Source of the DNA: a virus
Lineage: Duplodnaviria > Caudoviricetes
Strand: one strand, 5' to 3'
DNA length: 64,000 nucleotides
IMG/VR virus record: IMGVR_UViG_2974799246_000001
Coordinates: 96,001 to 160,000 of that record
Part shown: positions 17,655-27,860 of the stretch, one piece after another
Layout of the letters: the number at the start of each line of letters is the position of its first letter
Numbering within the stretch: position 1 is the stretch's first letter
Notes under the pieces: model-generated
What the model was told of the DNA's origin: nothing
What the model saw: the letters and a program-made list of their open reading frames with translations, nothing else
Databases searched by the model: none
Made by a program: the position numbers and the translations under genes

Positions 17655-18759
17655 TTGTTTCTTCCTGAGTAGGAGCCTGTAGATATTGCAGCAGGCCAGA
17701 GTTCATGATCTCCTCATTCACATCCTGACCACGAAGCGTAGCGAGATGTGCGAGGTAATTGAGTGCGGGTTCGACCATACCCAGATTGCGACAGCCCCAA
17801 TAGGCTATGTCATAACACAGGTCTAAATTAATAGCGGTCTGATCGAACAGGAAACCTTTTGGATTCTGCTTGGTTGCTTCGATACCTTGAACAGCCATAC
17901 CGATAGCATTGATGTTATCGCCGTGTCGGTAGAAGATATCGGCCAGCATCGAATACGCTTCAATGCGGTCAGGACGGAATGCTATGGCGCGATAACACGC
18001 ACACACCGCTTCCTGAGTGAAGCCCTGTTTGTACGTGGCTTTCGCTAGTTCGATGTTGGCGATTGTAACGTAATCCGCCCACTTAGCAATGCCAGCAAGA
18101 CGATCTACTTCACGCCGTGCATCTTCGAGCAAATCAGGACGTTCGTAATACGCAACGGCATAGCAGAGTTCACGCGCATAGTAGAAACTGCAACGGTCAT
18201 CATGCGGATAGTCACCAACATCAAGTCCAAGCTCTAGCAGATAGTTACGGCCTTTGCTGTGGTCTGGATAGTGATCGGTGGCGAACGGAGCTTCAACCGT
18301 TCTGAGTTGCTGTCCAGGCTTGCGCGAGGTCAGCACTTCATGCGCACGATATTTCCAGAAGTAAGAACGACGGCGGTAGGCCTTCATCTGACTGTAGTGG
18401 CTGTCACCATTGCGCATCAGAATCCAAACAGCTTCTGCCTTCTTAATGCCTTGCATTGTGCGCAGCTTCTCAACCCAATCAGGGTCATCAAAACGCTCAT
18501 CAATATCAAGCCACACTACAAGGTCATCTTCGGAGAATGGCGTAGCGGCCAGTTCACGACTTGCACCAAGGTTACGCTCTTGACTAACATCAAACGTGTG
18601 GTAGATGTTAGGGTGCGTGAACGCCGAGATGATGTTTGTGGTTTGGTCTTCGCTGCCTGTATCGACAATGCTAATCGCATCAGCCTTGGCTACGTGCTTC
18701 AACCACTCACTCATATTCTTTTCTTCATTGCGACAGATAGCCGCTACGCAAATTCTCAT
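17515..18759 (-). CDS. GT2-family glycosyltransferase with TPR repeats
   Basis: ICVAAICRNEEK, IVDTGSEDQT, DxD (WLDIDE), AHE, followed by TPR-like helices. Confidence 0.88.
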   Translation of the reverse strand: MRICVAAICRNEEKNMSEWLKHVAKADAISIVDTGSEDQTTNIISAFTHPNIYHTFDVSQERNLGASRELAATPFSEDDLVVWLDIDERFDDPDWVEKLRTMQGIKKAEAVWILMRNGDSHYSQMKAYRRRSYFWKYRAHEVLTSRKPGQQLRTVEAPFATDHYPDHSKGRNYLLELGLDVGDYPHDDRCSFYYARELCYAVAYYERPDLLEDARREVDRLAGIAKWADYVTIANIELAKATYKQGFTQEAVCACYRAIAFRPDRIEAYSMLADIFYRHGDNINAIGMAVQGIEATKQNPKGFLFDQTAINLDLCYDIAYWGCRNLGMVEPALNYLAHLATLRGQDVNEEIMNSGLLQYLQAPTQEETNDSSSIEHDGSPQTEGSTAAESGEQLRADDYQVERVSDTSEQSKPD

Positions 18760-18774
18760 ACATGCCTCATTGGG

Positions 18775-19692
18775 TTATACTAAAACGTTACCACTATCCC
18801 ACCAGCGCTTACCGTAGATATCAGACACACGGTATTCGAGGATGAGAGGTTGGTCCAGGTCGACTTGTGTTATGTATCGCTGTAGAGAAGGACTCCACAC
18901 TGTTTTCTCCTCAGTGTAAAGCCGTATCTCCAGCTCAACGTCGCCTTGAGAGTTCTTCGGTACGAACGGATGAGAATAGTCCCCATCGAAACCCGCACCA
19001 AGAGAGTCGTCGAAGTAAGTGAATGCGCGAACTTCTTCACCAGTGTTGATGATCGTGGGTGCATACACTTGACGGTTATAATACGCAGTATAGTCGGCAA
19101 CAGTTGTCTGCCAAACTGTACGGCGCTTATAGATACGCGTCACGCCTTTGCTGTCTGTCTCCGCACGATATTGGTTGTAGTACCAAGTTATCTGTGCGAA
19201 CTTAACAGGCTTCAACGGTGTTTGACCAGACGCATATTTCATGAACGGCTTCGCAGTGAAACGGTGATATGTCTTCTGCGTGTTCAAGCGATAAAGCAGA
19301 ACCTGATACGTGTACCACTGATAAACATCGAGGGTAATCGTACCTGAGTCTGATTGCTGCGTACCGTTAGTCAGGATGTATGCGAAACAGTCCGTACCAA
19401 CGTAGCCGCTGCGTGGGTTATAGAGGAACGCATCGCTAAAGTTGTTCAGTTGCACCGTGCCTACCATCGGGTCATTGACCTTGATCGCAGAAAGGCGCCA
19501 ACCCCTTTGAGCTGGCACCTTATCAAGCACACCCTCAGTCGGGCTATGCAACGTCACTTCATCACGAGCGCCTTGTAAGATCTTTTCGAGCGGTAACTCG
19601 GTCTTACCCGAGTTACGCACTCGCACCGTAAGGTTCGGAGCTAATGGTTTGTAATTGCGCCAATAGTCGAACGTACAAGGCAAAGAGAGCAT
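18775..19692 (-). CDS. Virion protein with Ig/cadherin-like domain
   Basis: FLYNPRSGYVGTDCFAYILTNG motif typical of Ig-like/tandem-95 repeats. Confidence 0.6.
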   Translation of the reverse strand: MLSLPCTFDYWRNYKPLAPNLTVRVRNSGKTELPLEKILQGARDEVTLHSPTEGVLDKVPAQRGWRLSAIKVNDPMVGTVQLNNFSDAFLYNPRSGYVGTDCFAYILTNGTQQSDSGTITLDVYQWYTYQVLLYRLNTQKTYHRFTAKPFMKYASGQTPLKPVKFAQITWYYNQYRAETDSKGVTRIYKRRTVWQTTVADYTAYYNRQVYAPTIINTGEEVRAFTYFDDSLGAGFDGDYSHPFVPKNSQGDVELEIRLYTEEKTVWSPSLQRYITQVDLDQPLILEYRVSDIYGKRWWDSGNVLV

Positions 19693-19694
19693 AG

Positions 19695-21641
19695 TTACTC
19701 CAGTTTGTACTTGCTCTTAAACTCTGCGAGTCCCATAACAGGGATGCCTTTGTCCATCGCTTTCTGGAGTTTCGCAGAACCAGAGCCAGGGTCTTTTGCG
19801 ATCAGTATCGTCGTATCGGCTTTCATGCTATCAGAAGCAGTACCACCAAGTTCAACGATACGCTTCATCAGGTCGCGATCACGAATGCCTGTGAATGCTA
19901 CGTTAACGCCTTTTAGCTTGGAGCTAACCACTTTCACTTTCTTCGGAGCAACGAGAGTCACGCCCATATTCGCGGCCATCATGTATGACTTAACAGCAGC
20001 TTCTGCGATGGCAGGACCGAGCTTGTCGATGCCGTGCATACCACTAATCTTGAGAACAAGGTCTGCGGTATATCCACGCTTGAGGTAATACTCAAGGTTA
20101 GGAATGGCGTCAACAACTTTGTCGAACGTAGTGTTAGCCCCGCGCATGAAGAATGACGCTGTAGCTTTTAGCCACGTATTCATCGGCACACCAGCTTTCA
20201 ACGCTTTGAGATCTTTAGCCAGTTGACGACCGCGAGAGTCGCCTACGATTTCACGCAGCGCACTCATTGAAGCACTAAACAACTGCTCAGGAGTTTTGAT
20301 GCCTGACTCAACAAGCATCTTACAAGTACCAGGTCCCGTGTTCGCAACGTCCAGTCCTTTCAAGAACGAGCCAAGCATACGAGCATCAGCAGCAGACGAC
20401 TTCGTTTTGACGACGAACTCTACACCACTGATCTTGTACGGCACGCCAGGCAACTTAGGCTTCTTAGCGGGCTTGAGAATCTCCATGATGTATGGGATTA
20501 CCTTACCGCTTCGAATCAACTTAACCTTAGCACCAGGGCCCAGCGGGCGTTTAGGGCCAAGCACTGCACCTTTCTTCTTCGGCTTGAGATAGCCGTGCTC
20601 AACGTAGAAACCGTTGTGCGCAGAAGCACGTTCGACAGTTACACCACCAGGCATAACAGTAGGTGGGAACAGTGCGACAGGAGCCAGTACGCCGTACTTG
20701 GACTCTTGATAGATAACGTCTTTGACAGTCACGATCACCGTGTCCGCTTCAACGTTCATCTTGAACTTAAAGGCATGTCGTGGGTTGCTTGCCGTAGCTT
20801 TCGGCGTGGCCACATCACGAGTCATCACGATGCCGTCGAGTTCATACTTCGCTTTGGCTATACGCTTGTCTAACCAAGGAATGAGTTCTTCCTGATTGTC
20901 GAAACGCAATGGACCAAAGTGACGCACTACCTCGAATCCCCACTTGTCTAACAGTTTGAACTGTTTCGACTGCGAGAGCGTGGCACCTTTACCACCGATG
21001 ATACCGAAGCATACCATGTGGACGTACTTGAACTCTTTAGAAGTTTCAAAGTTACGGATGAGTCCTGACGCAGCGTTACGTGCGGCCTTGAAGCGACCAC
21101 CAGCAGATTCGTGCAGCTTCGCCATAAAGGTCTTGTAGGGAATCAGCGCTTCACAGCGTATAACCACCTGACCCTTTTCTGGGATTTTCTGAGGAATGCG
21201 CATGGCCGGAAGGTGCTGAGACACATCCTTACCGTGAGTAGCATCGCCGCGAGTAAGAGCACGAACAGGCACACCCTTCTCGTAAACGATTTCAATACTC
21301 AAGCCATCGAGCTTATCTGTCAGAATCCAGTCAACGTCTTCGGCCAGAGCCTTAGACAGTTGCTTACCACCGAGCGTATACTGATCGAGACTCGCCATAG
21401 GAACAGGCAGCTTAACATCGGAATCATCACGAGCACCGATCTTACGAGCCAGCTTGGACTTAGGCCAGCGCGTGTCGATATAGCGACGAATATGGTCATA
21501 GACCGCATCCGATATCAAGCCTTCCGAATCAGTGTGGAACGCATCATCAAGATGCGCCACAAGTTTCGTTGTCTGCGTCAGATTGAGCGTGTCCAGAATC
21601 TTATCAGGATTCCTTTCGAGCCGCTTCAATGAGATTTGCAT
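19695..21641 (-). CDS. ligA: NAD-dependent DNA ligase
   Basis: ISDAVYD, MASL, KLDG adenylation motif, TRGD, RNAASG, LDGIV, IRSGKVIPYI, C-terminal BRCT; start re-called to ATG 21641 (GGAG SD). Confidence 0.95.
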   Translation of the reverse strand: MQISLKRLERNPDKILDTLNLTQTTKLVAHLDDAFHTDSEGLISDAVYDHIRRYIDTRWPKSKLARKIGARDDSDVKLPVPMASLDQYTLGGKQLSKALAEDVDWILTDKLDGLSIEIVYEKGVPVRALTRGDATHGKDVSQHLPAMRIPQKIPEKGQVVIRCEALIPYKTFMAKLHESAGGRFKAARNAASGLIRNFETSKEFKYVHMVCFGIIGGKGATLSQSKQFKLLDKWGFEVVRHFGPLRFDNQEELIPWLDKRIAKAKYELDGIVMTRDVATPKATASNPRHAFKFKMNVEADTVIVTVKDVIYQESKYGVLAPVALFPPTVMPGGVTVERASAHNGFYVEHGYLKPKKKGAVLGPKRPLGPGAKVKLIRSGKVIPYIMEILKPAKKPKLPGVPYKISGVEFVVKTKSSAADARMLGSFLKGLDVANTGPGTCKMLVESGIKTPEQLFSASMSALREIVGDSRGRQLAKDLKALKAGVPMNTWLKATASFFMRGANTTFDKVVDAIPNLEYYLKRGYTADLVLKISGMHGIDKLGPAIAEAAVKSYMMAANMGVTLVAPKKVKVVSSKLKGVNVAFTGIRDRDLMKRIVELGGTASDSMKADTTILIAKDPGSGSAKLQKAMDKGIPVMGLAEFKSKYKLE

Positions 21642-21671
21642 GTTGTTTTCTCCGATCGTCATCAACACTGT

Positions 21672-21680
21672 TATTTACAG
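21672..21680 (-). promoter_or_regulatory. Phage promoter motif CTGTAAATA
   Basis: Exact 9-mer 31 nt upstream of ligase start; recurs upstream of four other genes. Confidence 0.7.
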
Positions 21681-21681
21681 T

Positions 21682-23598
21682 CTAGCTGGCGATTGGGTCT
21701 TTGTTGACAGGATAATCTTCCACCATATCGATCACGCGATTGAACAGCTTAGGCGTCATATCTTTCACATGTTCGGCATAGTCAAAGAGGTTTTGTTTAC
21801 GCGCACGGTTCACACGGACCTGACGCACTTCATCAGGGCTGTTGGTGATATCGTACAGCGTATAGACCACGATATTATCAGAGGCGTTGTGCGTACTAAC
21901 ACGGACGATAACCCAATCACGATTGAGTTTGGCATCTGCTCTGAATCGCAGCACGTCACCTTCTTCCGCTTCTTCTGCGCGAGCATTAGGAGTGGATTTG
22001 TTGGCGGCAGCAATCTTCTTCGCAGTCTCTTTAGCTTCGGCTTCTGCGGCAGCAACGTCAGAGTCTTGGTCTTCCTCTGCGTCATTCTCATCTACCGCGT
22101 CAGTAGCGTCGGCTTCTGGGTCATCATCGGAGGCTTCGTCGTCTTCTGCTCCAGAATCTTCTGAGTCAGCTCCTTCGTCGTCAGCACCTTCATCATCCAC
22201 GGATTCGGAATCATCGTCGGCAGTGTCGTCCTCATTTGATTCATCATCAACATCTGGATCGCTATCGTCAACGTCTTCTTCTGCATCTGGGTCTTCCTCT
22301 TCCTCTTCCTCTTCACCGTCAGTAGAGTCTTCTTCCTCTTCTTCTGGCGCAGGTTTAGCAGGCTTGGCCCCTTTCTTAGGACGCACTTTAGGTGGCGGAG
22401 TATCTTCTTCGTCGTCTTCTGGTTCGTCAATATCAGAAAGGTCGAGCGCAGGTTCTTCGTGGTCTTCTGAATCATCACCACCAAACAGCGAACCTACAGA
22501 ATCTTCGATGTTGAACATGTCGCCTGCAAACGGGCTGCGAGATAACACGTCTTCGAGTTTCTGCTCATCGAAGTCCAGATCGATTTCGACTTCTTCAATC
22601 GCATCGTCCAGTTCTTCGTGCTCGATGACACGCACACGCTTACCACGTTTGTCGATACCATCTTCGTAGACAGTGCGCACTTCTGCTTTAGGCGCTTCGA
22701 TCTCACCGGACTTAACCTTGCTACGCAGGTCTTTCATCTCGGCAGCACGGGCCTGTTGCTTTTTGCGTGTCTCTTTCGCCAGCTCTTTACGCTGCTGCTT
22801 TTGCTCAAGAATTTTCGCGTTGTTGGCGAGGCGTACAGCTTCTTCCTCTTCCAGTTGCGAGCGCTTACGATGACGACGCACCTGCTTGCGATATGCTTTC
22901 AGTGTATCAATGTCCACATCACCTTTCGGCCAATCATTGAAAGGCAGAATGTTGGTGTCGTGAACAAGCAGATCGTATTGTGCGTCATCAATCTTAACGA
23001 ACAGGCCTTCGGTGTTAATGACCACACCACCTTTACCTTGTCGCAAGAAGCGTACACCGATCATGTCGTTTTTGTACAGCTTGAGCATACCCTTAGAAGT
23101 CTTAATAGGATATTCCATGCTCGGAACCATACGCCACTGATAGTTATCGAAGTTAACACCGTACACAGCCTCAGACTTCACAGACTTAGGCGAAAAGCGG
23201 GCAGCATCGAACTGCACACGATTGATTTGACGCTGCATGGTTTTAGCGCCAGCAGTCTTCGTGCGCGTTTCACGTTGAACAACATCGGGGACCTTGCGCA
23301 GTTTGGAGCTACGCTCAATCAGGAACAGGCCTGTTGTTTTATCGAGAGGGAAGTCAACGTGAGGCATGTCGGCAAAGATTAATGTGTAGCGACCGCCATT
23401 GCGCAGCGGGAGAATGCCGAAAGTATCTCCATCACGAATCATACGCTTATGAGTTCGTTGGGATACTTCCTTGCCGCGTGAACCTTTATACTTCATCCAC
23501 GCGTACTTCGTTACTGCATCTTCATGAGATGCGGACACGGAAAGTATCATGTTCTTGTCTCTATGTTGTCTGTCACTCATTGAAATTAGCTTACGCAA
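21682..23598 (-). CDS. Large acidic virion (head) protein with duplicated shared N-terminal domain
   Basis: Start TTG 23598 or ATG 23580; two copies of the shared N-domain, coiled coil, long D/E tract, small C-terminal domain. Confidence 0.7.
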   Translation of the reverse strand: MRKLISMSDRQHRDKNMILSVSASHEDAVTKYAWMKYKGSRGKEVSQRTHKRMIRDGDTFGILPLRNGGRYTLIFADMPHVDFPLDKTTGLFLIERSSKLRKVPDVVQRETRTKTAGAKTMQRQINRVQFDAARFSPKSVKSEAVYGVNFDNYQWRMVPSMEYPIKTSKGMLKLYKNDMIGVRFLRQGKGGVVINTEGLFVKIDDAQYDLLVHDTNILPFNDWPKGDVDIDTLKAYRKQVRRHRKRSQLEEEEAVRLANNAKILEQKQQRKELAKETRKKQQARAAEMKDLRSKVKSGEIEAPKAEVRTVYEDGIDKRGKRVRVIEHEELDDAIEEVEIDLDFDEQKLEDVLSRSPFAGDMFNIEDSVGSLFGGDDSEDHEEPALDLSDIDEPEDDEEDTPPPKVRPKKGAKPAKPAPEEEEEDSTDGEEEEEEEDPDAEEDVDDSDPDVDDESNEDDTADDDSESVDDEGADDEGADSEDSGAEDDEASDDDPEADATDAVDENDAEEDQDSDVAAAEAEAKETAKKIAAANKSTPNARAEEAEEGDVLRFRADAKLNRDWVIVRVSTHNASDNIVVYTLYDITNSPDEVRQVRVNRARKQNLFDYAEHVKDMTPKLFNRVIDMVEDYPVNKDPIAS

Positions 23599-23611
23599 GG
23601 TAAAGCGGGGA

Positions 23612-26600
23612 TTAACCCCCGCTTAAATACCCTCTTGCAGCACATGACATAGAGCCACAAGATTCTTCGCACACGGTGATTTGTGCCCACGTCCAGTAAC
23701 CGTTAGGCTGCTGAATCGCATACACCACAGACGGATCAAAGCCCCAGACCTGCGTAGCATTTTGAAGTGCCAGCAATTCTGTTTCGAAATAACCTTCTTC
23801 GAGTGGCTTATCAATTGAACCGTGGTTAGGCTCAACAGTCCATGCCTCAACTACAGGCGCAACAACAGCATACGACTTGTTGTTGTCTGCTTTACGTGAC
23901 GTCCTAATCTCGACTGAAATAGGAGGACGTGTTGCAGGTGCGCCTGGAGTACGAGCAACAGGAATGATTCTCGGCGCCTTGATAAGATCAGGCTCAAGTA
24001 CATCCGTGTCGATTTGAGGCGCACTTTGAATGAACTTACCTTCTATCAGATGCAGATAGACAGTCGGCGCATCCTTAGAAGACGGCTTCGCAACGTCAAC
24101 AGGCGCAGCAATCAGCTTGAGTTGTTCGAACTCACCAGCAGCAGGACTCACAGGGTACTTAACAATATGCTCCATACGCACAGGCGTAGCTGGGCCATAG
24201 TGATAGATCTGTGAAGGCTGCAACCAACGAGTGAACGGGATCTCAGGCATGAACAGCACGGCCGGATGGTAGTCAGGATCGACATACTTCGCGGTCATCG
24301 TCTTGGCTTTATATGTCACATAAGCAGGGCGCCACAGAGGACGTGCCCAACCCACATGATAAATAGCAGACGGCTCAACGTACTGCGGACCGAATGCTTC
24401 TGGATGGAACAGTCCACCGAGATTAGCCTGACGCGGCTCTGTCATACCCTGCTGGAACAAGCCACCAGCATTTACCTTCTTGACCTCAAGCGCGTCTACT
24501 GGATAGTTGCCTTTCGTATCAGCAAATCGAGGCAGAATTTGGTCAGACTTCGTTTTAACACCAGTACGATACACAGGGTCTCGAAGATCGAAATACTGTG
24601 GCGCATCGTCCATGTGCTCAACAAAATTGTTGATGAACGTGTCATTGACCGTAGCAACATCGGTGGCGAAGGTCGGCCAGAACCAATCAGAAACAACATC
24701 ATCACCTACAGTCGCTTCAAACAACGGGAAATCCGTTGCAGTATCGACCTGTCCTTGCGTCAGTTCAAACAGAGGGAATGTAGCAGTCGATGCACCTTCG
24801 TTCGTGCCAATGAAAGCAGGAAGAGGCGTAGTGACGACAACATCCTTCTGACCCTCAGTGAGTTCAAATAGAGGGAAGTTATCAGACGCAAGTGCTGGCG
24901 CTTCTGTCAGTTCAAACAGAGGGAATCGGTCGTAGATGATATCCGAACGGTCAATCAAATCGGCCATGCGGAAGTTATCCACAAAGTCCTTATGACCAGT
25001 ATCGAAGGGAATGACTTCGATAACCTGCACAACGTCACGATCTCCAGTAGCGATCACACGGTCAGCAGCACCCACAGCGTGAGTAGCAGCGTCTTCGAAG
25101 TCAAGCCACTGTAGTTGAACATCCAGCTCAGGGTCGTACACAGGCGTGAGGACAATGTTCTGGTCAGACGCAGCAACATAGGTCTTAGCGTCCAACACAG
25201 ACACTGCATCGGTGGTAGCGTCCAGATAGGACACGTCAAACAACTGAACAGAGTCAGTGCCATAAGCTGTGTACGTCGGGTCGACCGTCATGTTGTACAG
25301 CCAGCCAACTGACGCATCACCGAACTTCAACGAGTGAGGTTGATTCTGCGAAGGCAAGCCGTAGATCTTGAGCATCGTGTCCGCACATTCGAACGGACCT
25401 ACTACAAGGCCTTGCTCTTTGTACACACCACGACTATCAAGCTCTTGCTCAACACGCACACCATCAATGTCCAGCAGCATACCCGCAGGAACCGTGAAGT
25501 ACGTCCAGAAGTTATCTGGAATGTTGTCGATGAAGAACGTACCGCTGTTGTCCATGACATAACGTTCAGCACGTTTAGCAGCAGGCACCGTGCCTAGCCA
25601 TTGCTTGTCAGCCCACACATACCATTCATAAGTGAACTGGTCTGAATGGAACTTAACGGCATACTGCTTGTTCTCTTTGGGCGCGAACTTAATGCTGGTA
25701 CTTGCGCCAACGGCCAGAGTAATCGTCTGCGTACCGTTCGGGAATACAGCATCGGTATCAGTGATTGTCAAGACCAAAGGGATGGTGCCTGTGTTCTTCA
25801 TCGCATCAGACTGGACTTCTTTGCCAACAGGCACGTATGCCCAGTGACGTCCAACATCCAATTGCGCTTCGACGATAGTGAACACGCTGAAACGAGAAGT
25901 GCCTTGTCCTACATCAACATCAATGCGGGAGGTATCGTTCTCATGCAGAATCTCAAAGCCGAGTGTCTGATTGTTACGGATAAGCACAGGCATTGCTGTC
26001 TCTACACCGTTAACGAAGATCTTCACACGACTGTAATCTTCCACACCATCGACAAACACTTTCACAGGAACGGACACGTTGATGCCAGTGATGGCCACGT
26101 CTTCCGTACGGTTCCATGTGTCGTTATCAACACCAACGATGTTCTGCCACGAGAAAGCATTAGGCGTATCGTCAGCTTTCATCTCAAACTGGTAGACAGT
26201 ATGACCGATTGTAATCGGGAACGATGAGCTGGTGATGTACTCATGGCTTAACGTGATAGTGACTTCCTGCCCATCATACACTTTGGTCACAGGCACGGTC
26301 GTAACCGTAGTAACCTCTTTACCGTCTACGATATCAGTCGTGGTGACGTCAATAGTTGCAGCAACAGTAACGCCAGCAGGCGCAGTGATAGGCAGAGGAA
26401 TATCAGGGTCGCCAGCATCGACGAGAACCTTGAACTTGACAGTCGGACCAAGCTGGACAGAAGACAAGTCAGGCCACACGATATCGTAATTGCGAATCGC
26501 CAAATGCTTCAAGCCAGTAGTCGGCCGCGCAACGTAATAGAACAGGCGATCATACGTGTCGGCTTGAGTGTACGACGGAGTGATGAGTTCTATGTATGGC

Positions 26601-27799
26601 CAACCAGAACGAGTCTGCGTAGGTGTTTCAGCAGATGCGAAGTTGAACAGTGCGTTACTACCGTTCGTGTCCATACCTGAAACGAGCTTACCACCCTTAT
26701 CAGTCCATGCAGCAGTCGTGTTAAACACAACGAGGTCGTTAGCGACAAGTGGACGAGCCGCTACGTTCTGAACGTTGTCTCGCAGGTTGAACTGATAAAT
26801 GTTTGTACCGTCATGACCGAGCACCAACAATGAACTCGGAACGAACTGGTACCAGAAGACAGACGCAGGAGCAGCGGCAGTGTTACCGCCCACCAGCTTG
26901 CCGTCTAATGTTGACAGCACATCGTAGCTGTCTGAGCCGTTAACGTAGAACTGGTCTGACTTAACAGAAGTCTCTACGAAAGATGCGTTAAGGTAATGCG
27001 CACGGCCATCTTTATCGAAAGCCACATAGCTATCGACTGTGTTTGTACCGACGCCAGCACGACGACAGATAACGCGATTGACTTCGTAGCCTAACTGCTT
27101 AGGTTCACCGAACTGCGTCATCGCTTCATCGAGAACATCAACCTGACCAGACGTGTGGAAGACTACCGCGCTGCGTTTGTTGTTCGTGTCGTAACTGACT
27201 TTATAGCCAGCGATATCAACGTCATCCATGCTGCCGAACACTTTCGTATTCGAAGCATCACCGTCAGTGTGCAGATAGTACAGTCGGCGGCCTTGACGGT
27301 CATGTACGATAGATATTGGTTTGGTTAAATCAAAGAACGTACCTTCAAAGTCCGAGAACTTCGCTACGCTACTTTGCTGCATGTCCTGTGTGGTAGGGAT
27401 GCGCACACCGCCACCGAGAACAAGACCACCATAGGTAGGATTGAGTGCGCCGCCAAGTGGCATAGCATCCATACCCTGTGTGACTAAACGATAGTCCAGC
27501 TCTTTCGTCTGCGGTCTGACAAAGATGCGAGACAGTGAATGCACAAGCACCCACGTATCACCGTCAAGATAATACAGCACAACAGGTTGCGTAGCAGCGG
27601 CAGAGACCGTTACGTTAGCACTAAGACTAACATCATAGTCAGAGCCTGAACTCGGCGTGATATCTTTCTCTGTGGAAGCATCAGCAAATGTTCCGCCAAC
27701 AACACGGAACTTGAGTGCGTCAGTATGGCCGTTAACTGAAACAGTACCAGACCAAGACTGCGCACCCGTCGCTGATACGACAGGAATCATTTCAGCCAT
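23612..27799 (-). CDS. Large fibre/adhesin-like virion protein
   Basis: 1395 aa, beta-rich, DDTPNAFSW Ig-like motif, FPLFELTE repeats, C-terminal Cys cluster. Confidence 0.6.
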   Translation of the reverse strand: MAEMIPVVSATGAQSWSGTVSVNGHTDALKFRVVGGTFADASTEKDITPSSGSDYDVSLSANVTVSAAATQPVVLYYLDGDTWVLVHSLSRIFVRPQTKELDYRLVTQGMDAMPLGGALNPTYGGLVLGGGVRIPTTQDMQQSSVAKFSDFEGTFFDLTKPISIVHDRQGRRLYYLHTDGDASNTKVFGSMDDVDIAGYKVSYDTNNKRSAVVFHTSGQVDVLDEAMTQFGEPKQLGYEVNRVICRRAGVGTNTVDSYVAFDKDGRAHYLNASFVETSVKSDQFYVNGSDSYDVLSTLDGKLVGGNTAAAPASVFWYQFVPSSLLVLGHDGTNIYQFNLRDNVQNVAARPLVANDLVVFNTTAAWTDKGGKLVSGMDTNGSNALFNFASAETPTQTRSGWPYIELITPSYTQADTYDRLFYYVARPTTGLKHLAIRNYDIVWPDLSSVQLGPTVKFKVLVDAGDPDIPLPITAPAGVTVAATIDVTTTDIVDGKEVTTVTTVPVTKVYDGQEVTITLSHEYITSSSFPITIGHTVYQFEMKADDTPNAFSWQNIVGVDNDTWNRTEDVAITGINVSVPVKVFVDGVEDYSRVKIFVNGVETAMPVLIRNNQTLGFEILHENDTSRIDVDVGQGTSRFSVFTIVEAQLDVGRHWAYVPVGKEVQSDAMKNTGTIPLVLTITDTDAVFPNGTQTITLAVGASTSIKFAPKENKQYAVKFHSDQFTYEWYVWADKQWLGTVPAAKRAERYVMDNSGTFFIDNIPDNFWTYFTVPAGMLLDIDGVRVEQELDSRGVYKEQGLVVGPFECADTMLKIYGLPSQNQPHSLKFGDASVGWLYNMTVDPTYTAYGTDSVQLFDVSYLDATTDAVSVLDAKTYVAASDQNIVLTPVYDPELDVQLQWLDFEDAATHAVGAADRVIATGDRDVVQVIEVIPFDTGHKDFVDNFRMADLIDRSDIIYDRFPLFELTEAPALASDNFPLFELTEGQKDVVVTTPLPAFIGTNEGASTATFPLFELTQGQVDTATDFPLFEATVGDDVVSDWFWPTFATDVATVNDTFINNFVEHMDDAPQYFDLRDPVYRTGVKTKSDQILPRFADTKGNYPVDALEVKKVNAGGLFQQGMTEPRQANLGGLFHPEAFGPQYVEPSAIYHVGWARPLWRPAYVTYKAKTMTAKYVDPDYHPAVLFMPEIPFTRWLQPSQIYHYGPATPVRMEHIVKYPVSPAAGEFEQLKLIAAPVDVAKPSSKDAPTVYLHLIEGKFIQSAPQIDTDVLEPDLIKAPRIIPVARTPGAPATRPPISVEIRTSRKADNNKSYAVVAPVVEAWTVEPNHGSIDKPLEEGYFETELLALQNATQVWGFDPSVVYAIQQPNGYWTWAQITVCEESCGSMSCAARGYLSGG

Positions 27800-27816
27800 T
27801 GTTCACCTCACGATGT

Positions 27817-27847
27817 AGAAACGAAAAAGGGCGGCCGAAGCCACCCT
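27817..27847 (-). terminator. Intrinsic terminator
   Basis: GGGTGGC-TTCG-GCCGCCC-TTTTTCGTTTCT. Confidence 0.85.
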
Positions 27848-27860
27848 GTGAGGAATAGGC

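Noticed and set aside
23603-23624. GC hairpin at the end of the 1395-aa gene as a terminator
   Set aside because: A stem is present, but the U-tract is only about 3 nt and it lacks the family tail; left uncalled.
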